From Escherichia coli (GTDB lineage Bacteria; Pseudomonadota; Gammaproteobacteria; Enterobacterales; Enterobacteriaceae), in the NCBI RefSeq assembly GCF_024700885.2, contig NZ_CP117016.1: a stretch of 64,000 nucleotides of DNA; one strand, 5' to 3'. The notes below the pieces were generated by a model. The model worked only from the letters and a program-made list of their open reading frames with translations, was not told the origin of the DNA and made no database searches. The translations under genes were made by a program, and so were the position numbers. Of the stretch, positions 45,592-60,567 are shown piece by piece. Position 1 is the first letter of the stretch, and each line of letters opens with the position of its first letter.

Positions 45592-46740
45592 TTACCACTC
45601 TGCTACGCTGTTATCTTCATGACGCCAGAGCGGATTACGCCAGTCCGGGGCATTTTTACTGAACTCAATAACTTTAGCTTCGTCGATTTCCACACCTAAG
45701 CCCGGTTTCGTTAATGGTTTAAAGAAACCGCCGACCATGCTGAAGTCTTCTTTGTTTTTCACAAAGTCGAGTAACTCCGCGCCTTTGTTGTAATGAATGC
45801 CCATACTTTGTTCCTGAAGTACGGCGTTATAGGAAACAAAGTCGATATGCAGACAAGCCGCCAGTGCAATCGGTCCGAGAGGACAGTGCGGCGCAAGGGT
45901 CACGTCATAGGCTTCTGCCATTCCGGCAATTTTGTAGCATTCGGTAATACCGCCTGCATGAGAGAGATCCGGTTGCAGAATCGAAATACCGCCCGCCTCC
46001 AGCACGCGTTTAAAATCGAAGCGTGAGAACATGCGTTCACCCGCCGCCAGTGGAATATGCGTTTGTGCCGCCAGTTTCGGGTAGTATTCGGCCTGTTCCG
46101 CCAGCACCGGCTCTTCAATAAACAGCGGGCGATACGGCTCCAGTTCTTTAATCAGCACTTTCGCCATCGGCGCGCTGACGCGACCGTGGAAATCAAGACC
46201 AAACTCAATCTGATTGCCAAAAGCTTCACGAATTTGTGCCACTGTGTTGACTGCCGCATCTACCGCGCGGGAGTTATCAATTAGCCCCAGTTCTTCACAA
46301 CCGTTCAGTTTGAAGGTATCGAAGCCGATTTCGCGCAGCGTTTTAATGCCGTCGATAACATCCGCCGGACGATCGCCGCCGACCCAACTGTAGGCTTTAA
46401 TTTTGTCGCGAACCAGGCCGCCCATCAGTTGCCAGACCGGCGCGTTCAGCACTTTACCTTTGATATCCCATAACGCCTGGTCGATCCCGGCAATGGCGCT
46501 CATCAGGATCGGACCGCCACGATAAAATCCGGCGCGATACATCACTTGCCATAAGTCATTGATGCGCGATGGATCCTGACCAATCAAATAGTCACCCAGC
46601 TCGTGAACTGCCGCTTCCACCGTACGGGCGCGGCCTTCGATCACGGGCTCGCCCCAACCGACCACGCCTTCATCGGTTTCAATTTTCAGGAACATCCAGC
46701 GGGGAGGTAAACGATACGTGGTAATTTTGGTGATTTTCAT
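45592..46740 (-). CDS. dgoD: D-galactonate dehydratase
   Basis: 382 aa. [32 protein letters not shown], enolase superfamily. Confidence 0.95.
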
Positions 46741-47354
46741 TGCACTGCCTCTCGATACGCCTTAACAAATGCTGCTGCCTGCTGCGCGGTGCGTTCTACG
46801 GTCTGCCCGGCGCGATAGAGATCGCTGCCTAAACCTGCTCCTGCACAACCTGCGTCTATCCACTGCGCCAGGTTTTCTGGCGTCACGCCGCCAACGGCAA
46901 AGACTGCGATGTCCGGTGGTAATACCGCTTTTAACGCTTTGATGTATTGCGGACCAAAAGCCGATGACGGAAATATTTTCAGCGCCTGCGCGCCCGCGTC
47001 GAGCGCTGTAAAGGCTTCGGTCGCCGTCGCGCAGCCGGGGCAAACGGTCATACCGTAGCCCACCGCACGGCGGATCACTTCACTATGGATATTGGGCGTA
47101 ACGATGAGCTGGCAGCCCATCCTGGCGAGTGCATCGACCTGTTCAGGTTTCAGTACCGTACCTGCGCCAATCAACGCCTTGTCGCCATACGCATCAACGA
47201 TGGCGGGAATGCTCTGCTCCCATTGTGGGGAATTCAGCGGGATTTCAACCGCGTCGAACCCGGCGTCAATCACCGCGCCAACATGCGCCAGCGCCTCGTC
47301 GGGCGTAATACCGCGCAAAATGGCGATCAGCGGGAGTTTAGTTTGCCACTGCAT
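46737..47354 (-). CDS. dgoA: 2-dehydro-3-deoxy-6-phosphogalactonate aldolase
   Basis: 205 aa. [21 protein letters not shown], overlaps dgoD by 4 nt. Confidence 0.93.
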
Positions 47355-48216
47355 GAGCGATGCTCCTTATACCAGCCTGAAATGCCGTGTCGCCCGCTAC
47401 CGCCGTCACGTCGCACCCCATCGCCTGAAAGGCTTGCTGGTAGCGCGCGGTCAGCGATGTTCCGGCGACAAGGGTGATGGCGTGTTGATGGGTCACATAG
47501 TCGCGCATACTGGCGACCTCTGCGCCAATCAACAAACCAGAGAGAAATTCGCTGACCTGTTCACGGGGAAGCGTTCCCAGCACATGCGAGGCGCGAACTT
47601 CAAAAAGCTGCGGCAATATGGCGGGCGCATTAAGGCCACGCTCAAGGCCAGCCGCGAAGGCATCGGCAGAGTTTTCCTGCGGCGGCAAACCTGCGCCAAT
47701 CAATGAGTGATTTAACAGTAAATGATGTAATTCACCGGTCATCACGGTGCGAAAATCGTTGATTTGCTGGCTATCGGCCTGCACCCATTTGCAATGCGTA
47801 CCGGGCATGACATAAAGAGAGGAAGGAGCCAGAGCACGCGCGCCGATCAATTGTGTTTCTTCGCCGCGCATCACATTATGGTTATCGTCATGAGAGATGC
47901 ATAATCCGGGAATAATCCAGATATTGTCGCCAACCGACGTTAATTGATCGCTAATAGACGAAAAACGGGCAGGAACGGATAAATACGGCGCGACTTTCCA
48001 GCCGACATTGCTGCCGACCATTCCTGCCATTACCACTGGCGTATTCTCTTCACGCCAGTCGGTCGTCACTTCTGCTAACACCGCAGCCGGAGATTTTCCG
48101 TTCAGACGCGTGACGCCTGCTTCTGATTGCCTGCTGTCCAGGCAGTGGTCGCCCTGATAAAGCCAGGCGCGCAGATTGGTCGATCCCCAGTCAATTGCGA
48201 TGTAGCGAGCTGTCAT
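47338..48216 (-). CDS. dgoK: 2-dehydro-3-deoxygalactonokinase
   Basis: 292 aa. MTARYIAIDWGSTNLRAWLYQGDHCL, overlaps dgoA and dgoR. Confidence 0.93.
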   Translation of the reverse strand: MTARYIAIDWGSTNLRAWLYQGDHCLDSRQSEAGVTRLNGKSPAAVLAEVTTDWREENTPVVMAGMVGSNVGWKVAPYLSVPARFSSISDQLTSVGDNIWIIPGLCISHDDNHNVMRGEETQLIGARALAPSSLYVMPGTHCKWVQADSQQINDFRTVMTGELHHLLLNHSLIGAGLPPQENSADAFAAGLERGLNAPAILPQLFEVRASHVLGTLPREQVSEFLSGLLIGAEVASMRDYVTHQHAITLVAGTSLTARYQQAFQAMGCDVTAVAGDTAFQAGIRSIAHAVAN

Positions 48217-48902
48217 GTGATTTCCTTTAACCTTCGTGTCGAGCTGGCGATCATGGTAAGCGCCGCCTGCTCTGCCGCATCGCCGTCCTGATGCCGTATT
48301 GCATCGAACAGCGTCTTATGTTCCTGGAGCGTTTGCGGCATGTTGGCCTCATCGCCCATCCAGGTTCGTTCAAAAACCGCCCGCTGCAACGAACTGATCG
48401 CAATGCTAAGTTGCTGTAACACCGGGTTATGCACCGACTGCAGCACCGCCTCGTGGTAGCGAATATCCGCTTCGTTAAACGCTTCGCGGTCCTGATTGTT
48501 GGCAATCATCTCGTTCAGCGCCGATTCAATCTGCGCCAGATCGCTGGAAGTCGCGCGTTCTGCCGCCCAACGGGCAATCGCCGGTTCCACCAGGTTTCGC
48601 ACTTCGCTCATGGCACTGATAAGCCGTGGGTCGTAGTCGTTTTCCAGCACCCATTGCAGTACGTCAGTGTCGAGGTAATTCCACTGGTTACGCGGTGCCA
48701 CAAACGCGCCGCGATAACGTTTCATTTCAATCAGCCGCTTCGCCATCAGCGAACGGAACACCTCACGGATGATGTTGCGCGAGGTTGCAAACTCTTCACA
48801 GAGCTCCGCCTCAGCCGGAAGTGGAGAGCCTGGTACGTATTTGCCGTGAACGATCTGTTTACCCAGCGTAATGACAATGCGATCGGTTTTATTGAGAGTC
48901 AT
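48213..48902 (-). CDS. dgoR: GntR/FadR-family repressor DgoR
   Basis: 229 aa. N-terminal wHTH LPAEAELCEEFATSRNIIREVFRSL, first gene of the dgo operon. Confidence 0.93.
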   Translation of the reverse strand: MTLNKTDRIVITLGKQIVHGKYVPGSPLPAEAELCEEFATSRNIIREVFRSLMAKRLIEMKRYRGAFVAPRNQWNYLDTDVLQWVLENDYDPRLISAMSEVRNLVEPAIARWAAERATSSDLAQIESALNEMIANNQDREAFNEADIRYHEAVLQSVHNPVLQQLSIAISSLQRAVFERTWMGDEANMPQTLQEHKTLFDAIRHQDGDAAEQAALTMIASSTRRLKEIT

Positions 48903-48965
48903 GGAGAGTCCTTGTGCTCTGTATGTTCTTCTCTACTTTACCCCGATCGATGCATAACGCGGCAA

Positions 48966-49043
48966 CTTTGTAGTACCAGCGTGATGACGTTCGCGTTTGC
49001 TGTGCGTGTAATGTAGTACAAATTTATATTGTTGTACTACAAT
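48966..49043. promoter_or_regulatory. dgo promoter/operator region with TGTAGTACA-type repeats
   Basis: ttgtagtacc (48968-48977), tgtagtacaa (49012-49021) and its inverted partner ttgtactaca (49032-49041) lie upstream of dgoR. They are consistent with the GntR-type operator half sites described for DgoR. Confidence 0.6.
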
Positions 49044-49179
49044 TTAGATCACAAAAAGAACAATGCATAAAAAAATGACATGCGTCGGGCAGAAATCTGA
49101 AAAGGGATGTCAGACGCTAAACAGGAGGGAAAGAAGAGTATGCTTTCAACGGCTTAGCTACTCGTTTAAAGGATTAATC

Positions 49180-49836
49180 ATGAAGTTGAATTTTAAGGGA
49201 TTTTTTAAGGCTGCCAGTTTGTGTTCTTTGGCATTTGCGTTGACCGGATGTATCACCTGGGGATTGGTTTCCAATACTGCAAGCCGTCCACATGCCGAGC
49301 AATGGCGGTCAGATACGATTAAGGGTTTATCGCTGGCAGAGGATAGTAACGGTACGAAAGGCTATGTTTTTGTTGGTGAATCGTTGGACTATCTGTTGAC
49401 CACCGGCGGCGGTGAGGTGGTTAAAATGCTGAACGATCCGGCAATTCATGGTGAAAGAATCACCGTTTCTGATAACGCGAAATTTATTTTAAGCAGCAGT
49501 AATAAGAATTTCTCTGGTGCTATTACGCTCTATTACGACTGGAACAACGAAGAAGATAAGGCACTGGCAACACAATATGGTTTTATTTGTGATACCAGCC
49601 GTTGTACATGGATGCTGGACGGCCTGAAAGGCTCTATCCACCAGAAAAATAAAAAAGCGGATTACTCAAACGTGATGGTTTTCCATCAACCCTTTACGGT
49701 GGGATTTTATGAGTACAAAGCATCAGATGGCGTTCCGCGCGGCCTCGTTAATGCGCTGCTACCAGTCACTCTTACGCTGGATATAGTAACGTCACCACTG
49801 CAGTTCGTGATTTTATGCACTACCAGAAATTGTTAA
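49180..49836 (+). CDS. yidX: Lipoprotein YidX
   Basis: ORF 49063..49836. [24 protein letters not shown] (lipobox LTGC) starts at 49180 (218 aa). Position and N-terminus match K-12 YidX. Confidence 0.8.
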   Translation: MKLNFKGFFKAASLCSLAFALTGCITWGLVSNTASRPHAEQWRSDTIKGLSLAEDSNGTKGYVFVGESLDYLLTTGGGEVVKMLNDPAIHGERITVSDNAKFILSSSNKNFSGAITLYYDWNNEEDKALATQYGFICDTSRCTWMLDGLKGSIHQKNKKADYSNVMVFHQPFTVGFYEYKASDGVPRGLVNALLPVTLTLDIVTSPLQFVILCTTRNC

Positions 49837-49879
49837 TCGCTGCGGGCAAACGCGTTTATACTGTTTGCCCGCCCACAGA

Positions 49880-50692
49880 TTAATTCAACACAAACTTCTC
49901 AATAGCAAACGCGACGCCATCTTCAAGGTTGGATTTGGTGACAAAGTTCGCCACTTCTTTCACCGAAGGAATAGCGTTATCCATCGCCACACCGACGCCT
50001 GCATATTCAATCATTGCGATGTCGTTTTCCTGATCGCCAATCGCCATGATTTCTTCCGGTTTAATACCTAACACGTCGGCCAGTGATTTCACACCCGTAC
50101 CTTTGTTAACGCGTTTATCGAGGATTTCGAGGAAGTACGGCGCACTTTTCAGCACGGTATATTTCTCTTTCACTTCCTGCGGAATACGCGCGATAGCCTG
50201 GTCGAGGATGGCGGGTTCATCAATCATCATCACTTTCAGGAACTGGGTATTGGGGTCCATTTTCTCCGCTTCGCAGAACACCAGCGGAATAGTGGCAACG
50301 AAGGATTCATGCACCGTGTAGTAGCTGATATCACGGTTGGCGGTGTACAGCGTGGTGCGGTCCAGCGCGTGGAAATGAGAACCGACTTCGCGGGAGAGTT
50401 TTTCCAGGAAACGGTAGTCGTCATAGCTGAGAGCGGTTTGCGCCACGGTGCTACCATCGGCGGCCTTCTGTACCAGCGCGCCGTTATAAGTAATGCAGTA
50501 GTCGCCCGGCTGTTCCATGTGCAGCTCTTTCAGGTAATTATGAACACCTGCATAAGGGCGGCCCGTCGTCAGCACGACATTTACGCCACGGGCGCGAGCT
50601 GCGGCAATCGCATTTTTAACGGCGGGTGAAATGGTGTGATCGGGCAGCAGAAGGGTGCCATCCATATCGATAGCAATGAGTTTGATAGCCAT
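49880..50692 (-). CDS. yidA: Sugar phosphatase YidA (HAD, Cof-type)
   Basis: 270 aa. MAIKLIAIDMDGTLLLPDHTISPAVKNAI with the DxDGT motif. Confidence 0.93.
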   Translation of the reverse strand: MAIKLIAIDMDGTLLLPDHTISPAVKNAIAAARARGVNVVLTTGRPYAGVHNYLKELHMEQPGDYCITYNGALVQKAADGSTVAQTALSYDDYRFLEKLSREVGSHFHALDRTTLYTANRDISYYTVHESFVATIPLVFCEAEKMDPNTQFLKVMMIDEPAILDQAIARIPQEVKEKYTVLKSAPYFLEILDKRVNKGTGVKSLADVLGIKPEEIMAIGDQENDIAMIEYAGVGVAMDNAIPSVKEVANFVTKSNLEDGVAFAIEKFVLN

Positions 50693-50806
50693 GAGTTCCC
50701 CAGGTAGATTGGTTCCTGACCCATGCTAACGCGATTCCGCTCAAAAATCAGTACAACACCCTGGGGAAAAGGGGGATGCAACGCGCGTTGCGTGCTCCCC
50801 ATTTGC

Positions 50807-51205
50807 TTAGCGGAAGAGTTTCCCTTTCAGCAGTTCCATGCCTGCGGAAAGCAGATCGTTATTGGCTTGTGGTGACACTTCACCTTGCGGTGAGAGTGCA
50901 TCAATAATCTTCGGCAATTGTTCTGCCAGTAAACTGGAAGCCGTACTGGTATCCACGCCCAGTTTTTGCCCGAGATCGGACACCGCATTTGTGCCGAGCG
51001 CCGATTCCAGTTGCTCGCCGCTAACCGATTGATTGCCCTGTTGATTACTCAGCCAGGTTGAGAGAATGGCCCCTAAGCCGCCACTTTGCAGTTTTTCCAG
51101 CAGCACCTGAATGCCGCCCTGCTCCTCAACCCAGCTCAAAATGGCCTGATATTTCCCCGCATCGCCTTTCAGAAAGGCACCGACAACTTCATCAAAAAGC
51201 CCCAT
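50807..51205 (-). CDS. yidB: YidB (DUF937)
   Basis: ORF 50807..51214. MGLFDEVVGAFLKGDAGKYQAILSWVEEQGG starts at 51205 (132 aa). Confidence 0.88.
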   Translation of the reverse strand: MGLFDEVVGAFLKGDAGKYQAILSWVEEQGGIQVLLEKLQSGGLGAILSTWLSNQQGNQSVSGEQLESALGTNAVSDLGQKLGVDTSTASSLLAEQLPKIIDALSPQGEVSPQANNDLLSAGMELLKGKLFR

Positions 51206-51315
51206 GATAATCACCTGTAAAGCGTTACGTGTTGACTCAAAAAGTATAGATCTGCGGGATGATAATTGCGGATTGCAGAAATAAAAAGGGCGAAGATGAT
51301 CTCCGCCCTTTTCTT

Positions 51316-51425
51316 ATAGCTTCTTGCCGGATGCGGCGTTAACGTCTGATCCGGCCTACAAAATCATGCAAATTCAATATATTGCACGAGTCTCGTAGGC
51401 CTGATAAGCGTAGCGCATCAGGCAC
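51316..51425. repeat. BIME (paired REP elements)
   Basis: gccggatgcggcgttaacgtctgatccggcctac ... gtaggcctgataagcgtagcgcatcaggc forms inverted REP copies between yidB and gyrB. Confidence 0.85.
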
Positions 51426-51444
51426 GCTCGCATTGTTAACGTCA

Positions 51445-54960
<3,516 letters not shown>

Positions 54961-54961
<1 letters not shown>

Positions 54962-56061
54962 TACAGTCTCATTGGCATGACAACATAGGCAGCCGACTGT
55001 GATGCGGCATCTTCAATCTGCACGCTGGAAACCGAATCGGTCAGCATCATGCGGACGTTTTCGCATTTCAGCGCGTTCAGAACATCCAGCACATAGCTGA
55101 CGTTGAAGCCGATTTCCATCTCCGCACCGCTATAGGTAACGTCGAGGATCTCTTCCGCTTCTTCCTGTTCCGGGTTGTTGGCGGTGATTTTCAGCTGGTT
55201 TTCGCTGACATACAGACGTACGCCGCGGAATTTCTCGTTAGAGAGAATTGCCGCGCGAGCAAACGCCTGCTTGAGGAGATCGCAACCTGCTTCCAGATGT
55301 TTGTCCGGGTTCTTCGGCAGAACGCGTCGGTAATCCGGGAAGCGACCATCCACCAGTTTCGAGGTGAAGATAAAGTCGCCAACGTGGGCGCGAATGTTGT
55401 TGCTGCCAATCTGCACGCGCAGCGGATTGTCGCCGCCGTCGAGCATACGCATCAGTTCAATCACGCCTTTACGCGGCACGATCACCGAATGGCTTGGCAA
55501 AGATTGACCAATTGGCATTGAACAGACTGCCAGACGGTGGCCGTCGGTCGCCACGGTGCGCAGTTCTTCACCTTCGGTTTCAAACAGCATACCGTTTAAG
55601 TAATAGCGAACGTCCTGATGCGCCATAGAAAACTGGGTCGCTTCAATCAGACGCTTCATCGTCGCCTGTGGCAGGGTAAATTCGACTTCGCTCTGCCAGT
55701 CATCGAGGTTCGGGAAATCTGCCGCTGGCAGGGTAGACAGCGAAAAACGGCTACGCCCGGAGCGCACCAGCATCCGCTCACCTTCCAGCTGCACGGCAAT
55801 TTCCGCGCCTTCAGGCAGACCACGGCAGATATCAAAGAATTTGCGCGCCGGAACGGTCGTCGCTCCTGGCTCGTGTGGCTGAACCAGCGCAACGCGTGCC
55901 ACCATTTCCATCTCGAGATCAGTACCGGTCAGCGACAACGTACCGTCAGCAACCTGTAACAGCAGATTACCGAGAATCGGTAGCGTAGGACGACCACCTA
56001 ACGGACCGCTCACCTGTTGTAGCGGTTTTAATAAATGCTCACGTTCTACGGTAAATTTCAT
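54961..56061 (-). CDS. dnaN: DNA polymerase III beta sliding clamp
   Basis: 366 aa. [37 protein letters not shown]. Confidence 0.97.
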
Positions 56062-56065
56062 AGGT

Positions 56066-57469
56066 TTACGATGACAATGTTCTGATTAAATTTGAAAAAT
56101 CTTCTTTGATATCGTGGCTCTCTTCACGCAGCTGCTCGATCTTCCGGCAGGCATGAAGCACCGTCGTGTGGTCACGACCACCAAACGCATCGCCAATCTC
56201 CGGCAGACTGTGGTTAGTCAGCTCTTTCGCCAGCGCCATCGCCATCTGGCGCGGACGCGCCACCGAGCGGGATCGACGCTTAGAAAGGAGATCCGCGACT
56301 TTGATCTTGTAGTACTCCGCCACCGTCTTCTGAATATTGTCGATAGTGACCAGTTTTTCCTGCAATGCCAGCAAGTCGCGCAGCGCCTCACGCACGAAGT
56401 CGATGGTGATCGCCCGTCCGGTAAAGTTAGCGTTAGCAATAACGCGGTTCAGCGCGCCTTCCAGCTCACGTACGTTAGATCGTAGACGCTTGGCGATAAA
56501 GAACGCCACTTCGCCCGGCAAACGAATGTCGTTTTCGTCGGCCTTTTTCATCAGGATCGCCACGCGGGTTTCCAGCTCTGGCGGTTCGATCGCCACAGTC
56601 AGCCCCCAGCCGAAGCGGGATTTCAAACGATCCTCAACGCCGTTGATCTCTTTCGGATAGCGATCCGAGGTGAGAATGATCTGTTGATTACCTTCCAGCA
56701 GGGCGTTGAAGGTGTGGAAAAACTCTTCCTGAGATCGTTCTTTATTAGCAAAAAACTGAATATCGTCGATCAGCAGTGCATCTACGGAACGGTAGTAGCG
56801 TTTAAACTCTTCGATCGCGTTGTTTTGCAGGGCTTTTACCATGTCCTGAACAAAGCGCTCGGAGTGCATATAAACCACTTTGGCATTCGGCTTGCGCGCC
56901 ATAATGCCGTTACCCACCGCATGCAGCAGGTGAGTTTTACCCAGACCCGTGCCGCCATAAAGGAACAACGGGTTATAGGCACCGCCAGGGTTATCTGCCA
57001 CCTGGCGAGCCGCCGCGCGCGCCAGTTGGTTAGATTTACCTTCAACGAAGTTATCAAACGTGTGTTTGACGTTTACGTTAGAACGATAGGTCGGTTCTGC
57101 CGGGGCCGGGACGTTATCCCAACCTGAGCGCGTAGAAGGCGCAGCACGTTGCGGCTGCGTTTGCGCCACCTGTGCAGGGGCCGCGACGTTGCTCGTCACT
57201 GCCGCTTGTGGCGTTTGCGTCACCGGTTTGGTACCGACTTCAAAACGCAGCTGTGGGGCATCCGCTCCGCAGAAACTGGTTAGCAGTCCATTGATATTAT
57301 TAAGGTACTTGTCCCGTACCCAATCGAGGACAAAACGGTTTGGCGCGTACAGGGCCAGCGTGTTATCGCTCAGTTCCGCCTGCAATGGGCGTATCCACAT
57401 ACTGAATTCTGTGGCTGGTAACTCATCCTGCAATCGGGCAAGACACTGCTGCCAAAGCGAAAGTGACAC
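56066..57469 (-). CDS. dnaA: Chromosomal replication initiator DnaA
   Basis: ORF 56066..57481. The known GTG start at 57469 gives (M)[28 protein letters not shown] (467 aa). It has the AAA+ motif [10 protein letters not shown]. Confidence 0.97.
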
Positions 57470-57589
57470 GGCGGACTCCACTCGAACAAAAGTCGATAAT
57501 GACTAAGGCTGAAACATTCATGATTGTTGACGTACGTCGAAAAGACCCTGCATGAGGGTGACGCACGAACCGCTGTCTGCGGTTATATG

Positions 57590-57860
57590 CCCGATCAAGA
57601 TCCTGCAAAACGATCGGGACCGCGGATCATAGCCTAAACTGCGCAAGAGATCTTCTGTTTCTCACAGATTTTCCCGATTTATCCACAGGACTTTCCAGAA
57701 CTCGCTAAGTGTAAACGATCCTGCCGCGAGGCGGGCACGATTTACGCCGCATATTGGAAAATTTAATGACCATAGACAAAAATTGGCTTAATCGATCTAA
57801 TAAAGATCCAGGACGATCCTTGCGCTTTACCCGTCAGCCCGTATAATCCTCCACCCGGCG
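57590..57860 (-). promoter_or_regulatory. dnaA promoter region: consensus DnaA box plus dense GATC cluster
   Basis: The DnaA box ttatccaca lies at 57679..57687. I count nine GATC sites across about 57594-57830. Confidence 0.8.
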
Positions 57861-58063
57861 CGCCATGCTGGTTTTCACTGGTGTGAGGCCGTACGTTTTC
57901 CACGCGAAAAGGTGCGGAAAAGCGCGGTAAATAAGGAAAGAGAATTGACTCCGGAGTGTACAATTATTACAATCCGGCCTCTTTAATCACCCATGGCTTC
58001 GGTGTCCATCGTTTCATTTTTCGGCGGATATCCAATAAAGCCATTGAATTTATTCAAGTTTAG

Positions 58064-58216
<153 letters not shown>

Positions 58217-58232
58217 TAAAGCTAACCCCTGA

Positions 58233-58592
58233 GTGGTTAAGCTCGCATTTCCCAGGGAGTTACGCTTGTTAACTCCCAGTCAATTCACATTCGTCTTCCA
58301 GCAGCCACAACGGGCTGGCACGCCGCAAATTACCATTCTCGGCCGCCTGAATTCGCTGGGGCATCCCCGTATCGGTCTTACAGTCGCCAAGAAAAACGTT
58401 CGACGCGCCCATGAACGCAATCGGATTAAACGTCTGACGCGTGAAAGCTTCCGTCTGCGCCAACATGAACTCCCGGCTATGGATTTCGTGGTGGTGGCGA
58501 AAAAAGGGGTTGCCGACCTCGATAACCGTGCTCTCTCGGAAGCGTTGGAAAAATTATGGCGCCGCCACTGTCGCCTGGCTCGCGGGTCCTGA
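58233..58592 (+). CDS. rnpA: RNase P protein component
   Basis: 119 aa with a GTG start. (M)[39 protein letters not shown]. Confidence 0.95.
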
Positions 58593-58813
58593 TAGCCCTC
58601 ATTCGGGTCTATCAACGCCTGATTAGTCCGCTACTCGGGCCGCATTGTCGTTTCACTCCAACCTGTTCAAGCTACGGAATTGAGGCATTGCGCAGGTTTG
58701 GAGTGATAAAAGGCAGTTGGTTGACGGTGAAACGCGTATTAAAATGCCACCCTTTACACCCTGGTGGTGACGATCCCGTCCCGCCCGGACCATTTGATAC
58801 CAGAGAACACTAA
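58556..58813 (+). CDS. yidD: Membrane protein insertion efficiency factor YidD
   Basis: 85 aa with the motif [19 protein letters not shown]. It overlaps the rnpA 3' end by 37 nt. Confidence 0.9.
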
Positions 58814-58815
58814 CG

Positions 58816-60462
58816 ATGGATTCGCAACGCAATCTTTTAGTCATCGCTTTGCTGTTCGTGTCTTTCATGATCTGGCAAGCCTGGGAGCAGGATAAAAACC
58901 CGCAACCTCAGGCCCAACAGACCACGCAGACAACGACCACCGCAGCGGGTAGCGCCGCCGACCAGGGCGTACCGGCCAGTGGCCAGGGGAAACTGATCTC
59001 GGTTAAGACCGACGTGCTTGATCTGACCATCAACACCCGTGGTGGTGATGTTGAGCAAGCTCTGCTGCCTGCTTACCCGAAAGAGCTGAACTCTACCCAG
59101 CCGTTCCAGCTGCTGGAAACTTCACCGCAGTTTATTTATCAGGCACAGAGCGGTCTGACCGGTCGTGATGGCCCGGATAATCCGGCTAACGGCCCGCGTC
59201 CGCTGTATAACGTTGAAAAAGACGCTTATGTGCTGGCTGAAGGTCAAAACGAACTGCAGGTGCCGATGACGTATACCGACGCGGCAGGCAACACGTTTAC
59301 CAAAACGTTTGTCCTGAAACGTGGTGATTACGCTGTCAACGTCAACTACAACGTGCAGAACGCTGGCGAGAAACCGCTGGAGATCTCCACCTTTGGTCAG
59401 TTGAAGCAATCCATCACTCTGCCACCGCATCTCGATACCGGAAGCAGCAACTTCGCACTGCACACCTTCCGCGGCGCGGCGTACTCCACGCCTGACGAGA
59501 AGTACGAGAAATACAAGTTCGATACCATTGCCGATAACGAAAACCTGAACATCTCTTCGAAAGGTGGTTGGGTGGCAATGCTGCAACAGTATTTCGCGAC
59601 GGCGTGGATCCCGCATAACGACGGAACCAATAACTTCTATACCGCTAATCTGGGTAATGGCATCGCCGCTATCGGCTACAAGTCTCAGCCGGTACTGGTT
59701 CAGCCTGGTCAGACTGGCGCGATGAACAGCACCCTGTGGGTTGGCCCGGAAATCCAGGACAAAATGGCAGCTGTTGCTCCGCACCTGGATCTGACCGTTG
59801 ATTACGGTTGGTTGTGGTTCATCTCTCAGCCGCTGTTCAAACTGCTGAAATGGATCCATAGCTTTGTGGGTAACTGGGGCTTCTCCATTATCATCATCAC
59901 CTTTATCGTTCGTGGCATCATGTACCCGCTGACCAAAGCGCAGTACACCTCCATGGCGAAGATGCGTATGCTGCAGCCGAAGATTCAGGCAATGCGTGAG
60001 CGTCTGGGCGATGACAAACAGCGTATCAGTCAGGAAATGATGGCGCTGTACAAAGCTGAGAAGGTTAACCCGCTGGGCGGCTGCTTCCCGCTGCTGATCC
60101 AGATGCCAATCTTCCTGGCGTTGTACTACATGCTGATGGGTTCCGTTGAACTGCGTCAGGCACCGTTTGCACTGTGGATCCACGACCTGTCTGCACAGGA
60201 CCCGTACTACATCCTGCCGATCCTGATGGGCGTAACGATGTTCTTCATTCAGAAGATGTCGCCGACCACCGTGACCGACCCGATGCAGCAGAAGATCATG
60301 ACCTTTATGCCGGTCATCTTCACCGTGTTCTTCCTGTGGTTCCCGTCAGGTCTGGTGCTGTACTATATCGTCAGCAACCTGGTAACCATTATTCAGCAGC
60401 AGCTGATTTACCGTGGTCTGGAAAAACGTGGCCTGCATAGCCGCGAGAAGAAAAAATCCTGA
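58816..60462 (+). CDS. yidC: Membrane protein insertase YidC
   Basis: 548 aa. [32 protein letters not shown]. Confidence 0.97.
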
Positions 60463-60486
60463 TTCGGTGAGTTTTCGCTAAAATAA

Positions 60487-60512
60487 GGGCGGTCAGTTGA
60501 CCGCCTTTTTTC
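60487..60512 (+). terminator. yidC terminator
   Basis: gggcggtc-agtt-gaccgcc-ttttttt. A REP-like sequence follows (gtagggcggataagcaccgcgcatccgcc, 60518-60548). Confidence 0.8.
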
Positions 60513-60567
60513 TTTTCGTAGGGCGGATAAGCACCGCGCATCCGCCACACAAAGCAACAGGAACATC

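Noticed and set aside
47085-47706. 130-aa and 204-aa plus-strand ORFs antisense to dgoA/dgoK
   Set aside because: They are contained within the translationally coupled dgoKAD genes on the minus strand. No RBS or family resemblance is visible.
59122-60183. 353-aa minus-strand ORF antisense to yidC
   Set aside because: yidC on the plus strand is unambiguous. The antisense peptide is Arg/His/Gln-rich with no recognisable domain, a typical shadow ORF.
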